From: Deltaproteobacteria bacterium
GTDB lineage: Bacteria; Desulfobacterota; GWC2-55-46
Direction: 5' to 3'
DNA: 64,000 nt
Assembly (NCBI GenBank): GCA_016219015.1
Contig: JACRCL010000031.1
Location: forward strand, 22,159 to 86,158
The notes beneath the pieces are model-generated. The model was not told the origin of the DNA. It was given only the letters and a program-made list of their open reading frames with translations, and did no database searches. Made by a program: the position numbers and the translations under genes. How positions within the stretch are numbered: position 1 is the stretch's first letter; the number at the start of each line of letters is the position of its first letter. This document shows, piece by piece, positions 25,855-34,056 of the stretch.

Positions 25855-25928
25855 AGGGCAAAACGGGAAACCAAGCCATAAATCAAGGGGTTAAGTTTTT
25901 ATTATAAAACCACTTTCACGGAGGTAAC

Positions 25929-26318
25929 ATGAGAAAGATTTCAGCCGCTTCCTGTGCGCTTTTAGCGGCCCTGCTCCTCTTTGCCTTTTCTCCCGCCTTT
26001 GCCGGCGGCGGGCATACGGTGATAACAGGGCCCGAGCTTGAGACGATGATGAAGGACGGCAAGCCCGTCGTTGTAGTCGATGTGAGGGAGCCGGAGCTCT
26101 TCGCGAAAGGCCATGTACCCGGCGCCATAAACATCCCGTACGAGACCGCGCGCGGCAGGATATTGAAGGAGCTCTCGCCGAAAGACAGGATAGTATTTAT
26201 CTGCCACGGCGGGCCGATGGGCGACGAGCTCGGAGAGGTGCTCACGAACAACGGCTACGGGAGCGTCTATAACGTAAAGGGCGGGATGAGGAAGTGGTCC
26301 GGGCCTCTGGCCAAATAA
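25929..26318 (+). CDS. secreted single-domain rhodanese (sulfurtransferase)
   Basis: Signal peptide. Catalytic Cys loop ICHGGPMG. HVPGAINIP. Confidence 0.8.
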   Translation: MRKISAASCALLAALLLFAFSPAFAGGGHTVITGPELETMMKDGKPVVVVDVREPELFAKGHVPGAINIPYETARGRILKELSPKDRIVFICHGGPMGDELGEVLTNNGYGSVYNVKGGMRKWSGPLAK

Positions 26319-26713
26319 TGAACTTCAAGCTCATATTCATATTCTGGGCCGTGATGGTCGTGATAGCGATTGTAAACGGGTACTTCGGGCAGGCGGTCGT
26401 GTCAAAGGCCCTCGGCGATTACGGCTCACACCTCTACAGGACGTTCTTCATAATAGCCGTGATATTCGTATTCTCGAACGTCTACATCCGCAAGACCGGC
26501 CTTGGCGGGGAGCTTACGCCCGCCCTCCTTACCGGCCTTTCCTGGCTGGCGCTCAGCATTACCTTCGAGTTCGGGTTCGGCCATTTCGTCTTCGGCTTCC
26601 CGTGGGAGAAGATAACCGGCGAGTACCGCTTGAGCGAGGGGAGGCTCTGGGCGCTGGTGCTCGCCTCCGAGGTGATAGCCCCTGTCGTGAACTCCTTTAT
26701 CCTCAGGCCTTGA
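26318..26713 (+). CDS. hypothetical 4-TM membrane protein
   Basis: The ATG overlaps the rhodanese stop (TAATG). Hydrophobic profile only. Confidence 0.45.
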   Translation: MNFKLIFIFWAVMVVIAIVNGYFGQAVVSKALGDYGSHLYRTFFIIAVIFVFSNVYIRKTGLGGELTPALLTGLSWLALSITFEFGFGHFVFGFPWEKITGEYRLSEGRLWALVLASEVIAPVVNSFILRP

Positions 26714-26760
26714 GACCAAAGACCCATCCCAAAGTGACTCACGCCAAAGGGGTTGCCGTG

Positions 26761-27297
26761 TCAACGCTGGTAGACCCCTATTGTCTTCGCCTCCGCCAGT
26801 ATGTGCCCTTTCATCGCCCTCTCCACCTCGTTCTTACGCGCCCCGTTGGGTACGCCGAGCGTCGGGACATCGAGGGCCCGCAGGGTAAAGACATACCTGT
26901 GACGGCCATGCCCTTTGGGCGGGCACGGCCCTCCGTAGCGCGCCTGCCCGAAATCGGTAAGGCCCTGCTTTAGGCTGTCCTTTAGCCCCTCGGTCCCCGC
27001 GCCCCTCTCCAGCCCCTGCAGGTTTGAAGGGAGGTCATAGACGACCCAATGGACGAACGTCCCCATCGGGGCGTCCGGGTCCTCCACCGTGAGGACGAAA
27101 CTCTTTGTGCCTGACGGGGGGTTCTCCCATACAAGCTGAGGTGACAGCCCCTCGCCCTCGCAGCTGAACTTCTTTGGTATCACCTCTCCCTCCTTGAAGT
27201 CCTGACTTCCAAGCCTGAAGCCCATGCCCTCACCCCCTTTAGAATAGGTAGCCGCACAGAGCAATATACATAAAGCGGCAATTGATATTTTCAACAT
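26761..27297 (-). CDS. YbhB/YbcL-family (PEBP / Raf-kinase-inhibitor-like) protein, secreted
   Basis: PEBP motifs (LTVEDPDAPMGTFVHWVVYDLP, GGPCPPKGHGRHRYVFTLRALD). Start MLKISIAAL has a signal peptide. The ORF-track N-terminal extension translates the family-C repeat. Confidence 0.8.
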   Translation of the reverse strand: MLKISIAALCILLCAATYSKGGEGMGFRLGSQDFKEGEVIPKKFSCEGEGLSPQLVWENPPSGTKSFVLTVEDPDAPMGTFVHWVVYDLPSNLQGLERGAGTEGLKDSLKQGLTDFGQARYGGPCPPKGHGRHRYVFTLRALDVPTLGVPNGARKNEVERAMKGHILAEAKTIGVYQR

Positions 27298-27413
27298 GAA
27301 TCTCCCCGCGGCAAGCCGCGGGGAATCTTCGACACATAAGGAAAAATTCGATTTCGATTCGCTCGCTAAACCCCGCTGCTTGCAGCGGGAAATGCGCCCG
27401 CCATGCGTGTTCA
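27297..27413 (-). repeat. family C two-hairpin element copy 3 (about 90% identity), with its 3' end overlapping the PEBP start codon
   Basis: TGAATCTCCCCGCGGCAAGCCGCGGGGAATCTTCGACACATAAGGAAAAATTCGATTTCGATTCGCTCGCTAAACCCCGCTGCTTGCAGCGGGAAATGCGCCCGCCATGCGTGTTCA. Confidence 0.85.
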
Positions 27414-27597
27414 TGCCGGCCTCAAAAGAAAAGCAATTTTTATCATGCCTGTAATTGTAAGTTTATCCCATATCAAGGCTTTTGCAACCTGTACTTTAGT
27501 ACGTGTGTGTACGGAGCACTCACACGCTTCATAACGTTTGACTTGAAAAAGGGGCTGAAATCATATACCAATAACAGTGAAGCTAAGGAGGCCCTTT

Positions 27598-28482
27598 TTG
27601 AAAGTCCGTTTTATAATAAACCCGGCGGCAGGCGGCAGGAAGAAGGCGGCCGCCGTCTCGGAGGCCGCTTCCCGGCTGCTTAAATCCGAAGAAGGCGTCT
27701 TCGAGGTCAAGGTAACGAAAGCGCGGGGCGACGGCAGGGCCCTGTCGGCCGAGGCTGTAAGGAAAGGGTACGACATAGTCTTCGCCTGCGGGGGCGACGG
27801 CACGGTCAACGAGGTCGCCACCCCTCTCGTGGGCACGGAGACGGCCCTCGGCATAATACCGGCGGGCTCCGGCAACGCGCTCGCTCGCTCGCTCGGGATA
27901 CCTGAGGGTATCGATCAGGCAATCGGCCTTATCAAGGGATCGCGCTTCAGGAAGATAGACGCCGGGGTCATATGCGGCAGGCACTTCTTCTCTACGGCGG
28001 GGGCGGGCTTCGACGCCTTCCTCAGCAAAAAATACAACGAGGGGTACGTCTGCAGGAGGCTCCGCGGGCTGCTGCCCTATTTCCCCCTGGCGGCCTTCGA
28101 ATACCTGAGGTACAGGCCCGTGCCGATGACCGTAAAGTCCGGGGGCCTCGTCCGTGACGTCGCCCCTTTCATCCTTACAGCCGCCAATACGGAGCGGTAC
28201 GGCGGGGGCGCGGTCATCGCGCCGGGCGCAAGCCTTGACGACGGGCTCCTCGACCTCTGCATCATAACCGACATGAACATCCTCCGGGCCGCCGGCCTCG
28301 CTTTTAAGCTCTTCTCGGGGAAGGCCGACAGAAGCAGGGGCTTTACGAGGATAATGACCGACAGGGTCGGGATAGAGGCTTGCGGGCCGATAATAGCGCA
28401 CGCGGACGGCGAGCCGTTCGAGTGGAGGGGCGATATCTCGATAGAGGCCCTGCCCGGAGCGCTCAAGGTCCTCGTACCATGA
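27598..28482 (+). CDS. diacylglycerol kinase catalytic-domain family lipid kinase (YegS/DagK-like)
   Basis: FIINPAAGG ... ACGGDGTVNEV ... GIIPAGSGNALARSLG. TTG start at 27598, 8 nt after AAGGAGG. The ORF-track GTG 27577 contains the RBS. Confidence 0.8.
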   Translation: MKVRFIINPAAGGRKKAAAVSEAASRLLKSEEGVFEVKVTKARGDGRALSAEAVRKGYDIVFACGGDGTVNEVATPLVGTETALGIIPAGSGNALARSLGIPEGIDQAIGLIKGSRFRKIDAGVICGRHFFSTAGAGFDAFLSKKYNEGYVCRRLRGLLPYFPLAAFEYLRYRPVPMTVKSGGLVRDVAPFILTAANTERYGGGAVIAPGASLDDGLLDLCIITDMNILRAAGLAFKLFSGKADRSRGFTRIMTDRVGIEACGPIIAHADGEPFEWRGDISIEALPGALKVLVP

Positions 28483-28524
28483 CTTGGCTTGAACAAACGC
28501 CCGTTTTAAGGTATCATATGGCGC

Positions 28525-29793
28525 ATGGGCAGCACCTTGGATAACATAGGGGCGAACAGGTTATCCGGCCATACCGCTGGGATCAACGTCAAAGACCGGG
28601 CCTTCCAGGAACTCTCCTCAAAAGAAAAGCTCGAAACGGCCTATAAGCACCTCGAGGACCTCCGGCAGCTTAACGGCGGCTACATAGCCTCCGACTACTG
28701 CGGCGACAAGGGCGGGGACAATTACAACGTCTTCTGGCTCAGGGACATCATGCTCGCCACGAACGCGAACGAGTACGTCGGCGCGTACGACAAGATGATA
28801 GAGAGCTACAGGCTCATCATCCGGATATTCCAGAAATACCACCACAAGATAATACGCGGGGCGCGCAAGCGCCATTACCTCGGCAGCTGCGCCGGAGAGG
28901 TGATACACGCGAGGATACACCCCGTGACCCTCGAAGAGATAACGAACGAGTGGGGCCACCACCAGCTCGACATATTCGGGCTTTTCCTCTACAAGACCGG
29001 CGACCTCATGAAAAAGGGGCATAACGTCATATCCACGGACAAGGCCGAGACGCTTATCCTGCTCAGGGACATCGTCCTATACCTTACGACCGTCCGCTGG
29101 CACTCCGACCCCGATTTCGGGGTATGGGAGGAGGGGCCTGAGATCCATTCATCGAGCGTCGGCGCCGTGCTCGCCGGGCTTACGATGTGGCACGACGACG
29201 GCTACTACCACCACAAGTACAGGAACCAGACCCCGCTGCACAGCCACCTCCCGATACCGCAGGAGTTCATTGAGCGGGGGCGGGAGGCGCTGAACAGGCT
29301 CCTTCCGAACGAATCGGCCTCCCGGCCCTACGACCTCGCGCAGCTCAGCCTCATATGGCCTTATTCGATCATAACCGATTCACAGGCGGCCCAGATACTC
29401 GGCAACATAGAAAATAACCTCGTGAGGAAGTGGGGTGTCATAAGGTACCCCGGCGACCTTTATTACAACGGGGACAGGTCGAGGCCCCAAGGCAACGAGG
29501 CGCAGTGGCCGCTCGGCTTCGCGTGGCTGAGCATCATATATTCCCAGATGGCCGTGAGGGCGATAGAGTCCGGCGCGGTCTTCAGCCCCCTTACAGAGCT
29601 GATAGAGAAGTCCGGGATGTACCTCAAAAGGCTTGAGTCCGTGATGACCGCGGACGGCAAGGTCCCGGAGCTTTACACCGCGGGCAAGACGAACTCCAAC
29701 GTGCCCCTCGCGTGGGCGCAGGGCTTCTATATAGTGGCCCGCCAGAACCTTGACCGGGTCTGCGAGAAACTCAATATCCGCAAGATAGCCTGA
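28525..29793 (+). CDS. glycoside hydrolase family 15-like protein (glucoamylase / glucodextranase-related, (alpha/alpha)6 barrel)
   Basis: Conserved GH15-type segments (NVFWLRDIML..., DIFGLFLY, VWEEGPEIHSSSVGAV, WGVIRYPGDLYYNG ... NEAQWPLGFAWLS). Confidence 0.65.
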   Translation: MGSTLDNIGANRLSGHTAGINVKDRAFQELSSKEKLETAYKHLEDLRQLNGGYIASDYCGDKGGDNYNVFWLRDIMLATNANEYVGAYDKMIESYRLIIRIFQKYHHKIIRGARKRHYLGSCAGEVIHARIHPVTLEEITNEWGHHQLDIFGLFLYKTGDLMKKGHNVISTDKAETLILLRDIVLYLTTVRWHSDPDFGVWEEGPEIHSSSVGAVLAGLTMWHDDGYYHHKYRNQTPLHSHLPIPQEFIERGREALNRLLPNESASRPYDLAQLSLIWPYSIITDSQAAQILGNIENNLVRKWGVIRYPGDLYYNGDRSRPQGNEAQWPLGFAWLSIIYSQMAVRAIESGAVFSPLTELIEKSGMYLKRLESVMTADGKVPELYTAGKTNSNVPLAWAQGFYIVARQNLDRVCEKLNIRKIA

Positions 29794-29928
29794 AGCGCCT
29801 TTGTTCTCCATCCGAACCGGAAAAATTCCAGCCCTCTGATATATTTAAATAATGGACTGAAGCCCTGCCCCGCCCTGCCGGCGGCGGCACGCAAACATGC
29901 AAAGGCGCGGCGGCCTTACGGTCAGATT

Positions 29929-30780
29929 ATGAACCCTATAGCGTTCAGGGCCACCCTCATAAACATAATCGGGAACACATCCCTTTTCGCTCTTAAATTG
30001 ACGGCCGGGCTCCTCTCCGGCAGCATCGCGCTCATTTCCGACGCCCTCAACTCTTTCAACGACATAGCCGCGGCCATAGCCACCTTCATCTGCGTAAAGA
30101 TATCCGACAAGGCGGCGGACGAGGGACACCCCTTCGGCCATAACAGGGCCGAGCCTATCGCCGGGCTCATAATAGCGGTACTCGCCGGCATACTCGGGTT
30201 CGAGATGATAAGGGAGGCGATAGAGCGGATCCTCATGGGCACGAAGGCCGAGATCAGCTTATTTACCCTCCTCGTCCCCGTGGTCACCATGGTGACGAAA
30301 GGGCTCATGTCCTGGCACTTCCGCAGGGTCGGCAGGATGTTCAACAGCCCCGCCCTTACGGCGACGGCCCTCGACTCCCTGATGGACGTGCTCGTGGCCG
30401 TGGCGGTGCTCGTCGGCATCGCTGGGGTGAGGCTCGGGTGGGGCTTCCTGGACCCGATGGCGGCGTTCGTGATAAGCCTCTGGATAATCTATACGGGCTA
30501 CAGGATAGGGCTGGAGAACATAGCTTATCTGATGGGGCAGGCGCCTTCGCCCGAGATGCTCGAAGAGATACGGAGGGCGGCCCTGGACGTGAATGGAGTA
30601 AAGGCCCTTGATAAGGTCAAGGCCCATTATGTCGGGAACTTCATCCACGTGGAAATACATATAGAGGTGAATAAGGACCTCTCCACCCTCGAATCCCACG
30701 CCATAGGCGAGGAGGTCGAAAGGAGGGTTGAGAGCATCGGGCTCATAGATAAATCATTCGTCCATATAAACCCGGCCTGA
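29929..30780 (+). CDS. cation diffusion facilitator family transporter (FieF-like)
   Basis: LALISDALNSFND ... HPFGHNRAEPIAGL. 6 TM plus a cytoplasmic C-terminal domain. Confidence 0.85.
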   Translation: MNPIAFRATLINIIGNTSLFALKLTAGLLSGSIALISDALNSFNDIAAAIATFICVKISDKAADEGHPFGHNRAEPIAGLIIAVLAGILGFEMIREAIERILMGTKAEISLFTLLVPVVTMVTKGLMSWHFRRVGRMFNSPALTATALDSLMDVLVAVAVLVGIAGVRLGWGFLDPMAAFVISLWIIYTGYRIGLENIAYLMGQAPSPEMLEEIRRAALDVNGVKALDKVKAHYVGNFIHVEIHIEVNKDLSTLESHAIGEEVERRVESIGLIDKSFVHINPA

Positions 30781-30792
30781 TGGATTTACGAC

Positions 30793-32427
30793 ATGGAAAA
30801 TCTCCTTGAAGGGCTCGATAGAGAACAACGCGAGGCCGTATCCTCAAGCTCGAAGCGCCTCCTCGTAGCCGCCCCTCCGGGCAGCGGCAAGACAAGGGTG
30901 CTATCCCTGAGGTTCGCCCGGCTTATAAAAGACGGCGTTGACCCGTCCACGCTCCTTGCCGTCACTTTTACGAACAGGGCCTCTATCGAGATGAGGGAGC
31001 GGATCTCGGCGCTCCTTCCCATAGACCCGGCGCTCCTTAATATCGGCACATTCCACAGCTCCTGCCTGAAGCTCCTTAAAAAAAAGACGCCCCTGCCGGT
31101 ACTCTACGGGAGGGAGGAGCAGAGGAAGGTATTGGCCTCCCTCGGGGCAAAGAGGATCGACACCCTTCTGGAGAGGTTCTCCTCTTTCAAGAATTCCGGC
31201 GTCCCCCTCTCCGAAGAAGAGCAAGCGGCCTTTCACGCCTATCGTGAAGCCCTCGGCTCGCAAGGCGCCCTCGACCTCGACGACCTCGTCCCCGAAGCTA
31301 TAAGCCTCATTGAAAAAGAACCGGGTATATCCCCTTTCCTCCATCTCCTCGTTGACGAGTATCAGGACATAAACCCCGTGCAGGCAAGGCTCGTAAGGCT
31401 CCTGGCGAAAGAGTCCGTATTCGCCATAGGCGACCCCGACCAGGCGATATATTCATTCCGGGGCTCGAGCGTCAGGGCCTTTACGGGCTTTACGAACGAT
31501 TACCCCGGCTGCGAGGTGATAAACCTCAAGAGGAACTACCGCTCTTTTGCTTCGATTGTGAACGCCTCCTCGGCCCTGATAGCGCATAACACCGACAGGA
31601 TTGAAAATACAGCCCAGGCTTTGAAGGAAGGCGGGGAGATAACAGCCGTGGAGTGCGGCTGCGAAAGGGCGGAGGCCGGCTTCATCATAAAGGAGATAGA
31701 GGCCATGATGGGAGGGCTCAGCAGCCTCACCGTAAAAGACCACGGTGACCTAAAGTTCTCGGACTTCGCCGTGCTCTTCCGCACGAACAGGCAGGGGGAA
31801 GCCCTGGCAGAGGCGTTCGGCAGGTCGCCCCTGCCCTACCACTACGCGGGGCCTCCGGGGGGCGGTTTTTATGGGTTCATGGAGGCCCTCAGGGCCTCCG
31901 AGATAAAAGACGATATATCGCTTCCCGGCCTGATAGAGGCTACGGGCAAGGCCATCGCGGCGGATAGATACCTTTCAGGCCTTTTCCTCCACTCCGCGAA
32001 AGCCTTCGGCAGCCGCCCGGCGAAAGATGTCTTGCCGCAATTCCTCGACGAGATGCTCCTGAGCGGCCCTTCCGACAACCTCGATATAAAGGCCGACAAG
32101 GTAAACTTACTAACGCTCCATTCTGCAAAGGGGCTCGAGTTCAGGGTCGTATTCATAGCGGGGTTCGAGGACGGCCTGATCCCGTTCACCCCGAAATGGA
32201 ATGAGGCGGATATAGAGGAGGAAAGAAGGCTGCTCTACGTGGCCATCACCCGCTCAAAAGAAAGGCTTTACCTCGTCTCTTCGGACAAGAGGAAGGTCTT
32301 CGGAGAGGAGATACGCCCCGAGCGCTCGCGCTTTTTAAAAGAGCTGCCCCCGGCGCTTTTAAAGAAAAGGACCATCGAGCAAAAAAAGTTAGTAAGAAAG
32401 CCCGTGCAGAAGGGGCTGTTTGAATAA
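30793..32427 (+). CDS. UvrD/Rep/PcrA-family ATP-dependent DNA helicase (short, 544 aa)
   Basis: Motif I AAPPGSGKTRV, motif II VDEYQDINP, FRGSSVRAF. Motif VI-like TLHSAKGLEF ... LLYVAITRSK. Confidence 0.8.
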   Translation: MENLLEGLDREQREAVSSSSKRLLVAAPPGSGKTRVLSLRFARLIKDGVDPSTLLAVTFTNRASIEMRERISALLPIDPALLNIGTFHSSCLKLLKKKTPLPVLYGREEQRKVLASLGAKRIDTLLERFSSFKNSGVPLSEEEQAAFHAYREALGSQGALDLDDLVPEAISLIEKEPGISPFLHLLVDEYQDINPVQARLVRLLAKESVFAIGDPDQAIYSFRGSSVRAFTGFTNDYPGCEVINLKRNYRSFASIVNASSALIAHNTDRIENTAQALKEGGEITAVECGCERAEAGFIIKEIEAMMGGLSSLTVKDHGDLKFSDFAVLFRTNRQGEALAEAFGRSPLPYHYAGPPGGGFYGFMEALRASEIKDDISLPGLIEATGKAIAADRYLSGLFLHSAKAFGSRPAKDVLPQFLDEMLLSGPSDNLDIKADKVNLLTLHSAKGLEFRVVFIAGFEDGLIPFTPKWNEADIEEERRLLYVAITRSKERLYLVSSDKRKVFGEEIRPERSRFLKELPPALLKKRTIEQKKLVRKPVQKGLFE

Positions 32428-32630
32428 TAGCAGTTAATGTCTTAAACCAAACCCCCTATCCCTCCATCCCTTTTTCTCCCGAACCTGACAAATGTCATAT
32501 TTAACCCCTCTATTTTATTCACTTTTTTTGGGTTTACCTCTAACCTGCCCTTAATCTCTATGTAGTATAATGGAATCAAGATAAGAACGAAAAACGAACT
32601 CTAACGATTTAGCTTACAGGAGGTGGAAAG

Positions 32631-32735
32631 ATGGAAAGGGACAAGAAGATAGCGAACGCGATATATGTCGGTGTAGCGGTTCTCTTTACGACGATAATGC
32701 TCGCCGGGGCCTCGCTTCCCGGATACTGGGCGTAA
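32631..32735 (+). CDS. micropeptide 1 of a tandem paralogous trio (34 aa, single TM)
   Basis: MERDKKIANAIYVGVAVLFTTIMLAGASLPGYWA. GGAGGTGGAAAG-ATG RBS. TATAAT -10 at 32569-32574. Not in the ORF track (below the 60 aa cutoff). Confidence 0.5.
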   Translation: MERDKKIANAIYVGVAVLFTTIMLAGASLPGYWA

Positions 32736-32912
32736 CCTTAAAGCTACCTCTAAAAATTGTTCTTTTTCCTGATCTCTGTGTCAGGGCAAAAATAAAAATG
32801 CTCACATATTACCATATATGCTCCGCTTTTTATTTCCGCCCTTCCTTGACCTCAGAAAAAATTCCTAATTTTTAGAGGCACCCTTAAAAAAACTTTAACG
32901 GAGGATAAAAAA

Positions 32913-33017
32913 ATGGAAAAGGAAATAAAGATAGCCAACGGGTTCTACGTGGGAGTGACGGCGTTCCTTACCGCGGTCATGCTCTTCTCAGGCAATATCA
33001 CCGGGTACCTGGCGTAA
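32913..33017 (+). CDS. micropeptide 2 (34 aa, single TM)
   Basis: MEKEIKIANGFYVGVTAFLTAVMLFSGNITGYLA. RBS GGAGGATAAAAAA-ATG. Confidence 0.5.
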   Translation: MEKEIKIANGFYVGVTAFLTAVMLFSGNITGYLA

Positions 33018-33042
33018 GGTTTTTTTCAAGGAGGTGATTGGA

Positions 33043-33162
33043 ATGGACAGGGAAAAGAAGATAGCCAACGCGTTATACATCGGGATAGCGGCCCTTTTGA
33101 CCACGGCGATGCTCGCGGGAGCGCTCCTGCTGCCGCGCATGCCTCAGGGGTTCTTCGCGTAG
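33043..33162 (+). CDS. micropeptide 3 (39 aa, single TM)
   Basis: MDREKKIANALYIGIAALLTTAMLAGALLLPRMPQGFFA. RBS GGAGGTGATTGGA-ATG, 25 nt after peptide 2. Confidence 0.5.
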   Translation: MDREKKIANALYIGIAALLTTAMLAGALLLPRMPQGFFA

Positions 33163-33175
33163 GCTTTAAAAAGTA

Positions 33176-33213
33176 AAAAGGAGGGCGGCTTTTAGCCTCC
33201 CTCCTTTTTTTTT
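33176..33213. terminator. strong bidirectional intrinsic terminator closing the micropeptide locus and the convergent DJ-1 gene
   Basis: AAAAAGGAGGGCGGCttttaGCCTCCCTCCTTTTTTTTTT. Confidence 0.8.
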
Positions 33214-33223
33214 ATTTTAAAAT

Positions 33224-33772
33224 TTACACCTTCGCCAATACCCCCTTATTCACCTCTCTTGCCTTTTCCTGCCCGAAGAGCGCCTCCACAAGCCTGAACG
33301 CGAACTCCATCGCGGTACCCGGCCCCTGGCTCGTGATCATGTTACCGTCCACCACGACCCTTTCGTCAGAGACCCGTTCATTCCTCAACTCGTCCCTTAC
33401 GGACGGATGGCTCGTTATCCTCCGCCCCTCTATCGCCCCCATGGCCGAGAGTACCGTCGGGGCGGCGCATATCGCCGTCACAAGCCCCTTCTTCTTTATA
33501 AGGCCCTCAATCACTTTCCTTACGCTGGCGTCCTTCTTGAGGTTCTCCGCCCCCACCGCCCCGCCGGGCAGGACTATCATGTCGAAGTCCGTGCCCGCGA
33601 CCTCGTCCATCAGCCCGTCCGTCAGGACCTTTATCCTGCTCCGGCCCTCCACAGGGCCCTGGACGGTCCCTGCCACGACGACCTCGGCCCCCGCCCTCCT
33701 TAATATATCAACGACCGTCAGCGCCTCTATCTCCTCGAAACCGGGCGCAAGCGGCACCAGGACCTTCTTCAT
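33224..33772 (-). CDS. DJ-1/PfpI family protein (class I glutamine amidotransferase-like)
   Basis: Nucleophile elbow AICAAP. Start MKKVLVP has an AAGGAGG RBS. The ORF-track extension MCRRFPFKGGL translates the repeat. Confidence 0.85.
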   Translation of the reverse strand: MKKVLVPLAPGFEEIEALTVVDILRRAGAEVVVAGTVQGPVEGRSRIKVLTDGLMDEVAGTDFDMIVLPGGAVGAENLKKDASVRKVIEGLIKKKGLVTAICAAPTVLSAMGAIEGRRITSHPSVRDELRNERVSDERVVVDGNMITSQGPGTAMEFAFRLVEALFGQEKAREVNKGVLAKV

Positions 33773-33783
33773 AAGACCTCCTT

Positions 33784-33877
33784 TGAATGGGAATCTTCGA
33801 CACAAAAGGAAAAAATTTCGATTCGCTCGCTAAACCCCGCCGCAAGCAGCGGGGAATGCGCTCGCTGTGCGTGTTCA
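33784..33877 (-). repeat. family C element copy 4 (lacks the promoter-distal... actually gene-proximal hairpin; the 3' end supplies the AAGGAGG RBS context of the DJ-1 gene)
   Basis: TGAATGGGAATCTTCGACACAAAAGGAAAAAATTTCGATTCGCTCGCTAAACCCCGCCGCAAGCAGCGGGGAATGCGCTCGCTGTGCGTGTTCA. Identical to copy 2 except for a 20-nt hairpin deletion. Confidence 0.85.
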
Positions 33878-34056
33878 AGGCATAATCCCCCGAGATTAAT
33901 GGATTATACAGCCTTTTTACCCCTTGTCAAAGACCGCCGCCTGACTTGCGCACCCGTGATTTTAGGTCTAAGATTAAATAGCAGATAAGCGGTCCCGCGA
34001 ACGCTTAGGAATGGCTTTAGACAAGACTGCACAACTAATTAATAAGGAGCGCTGTC

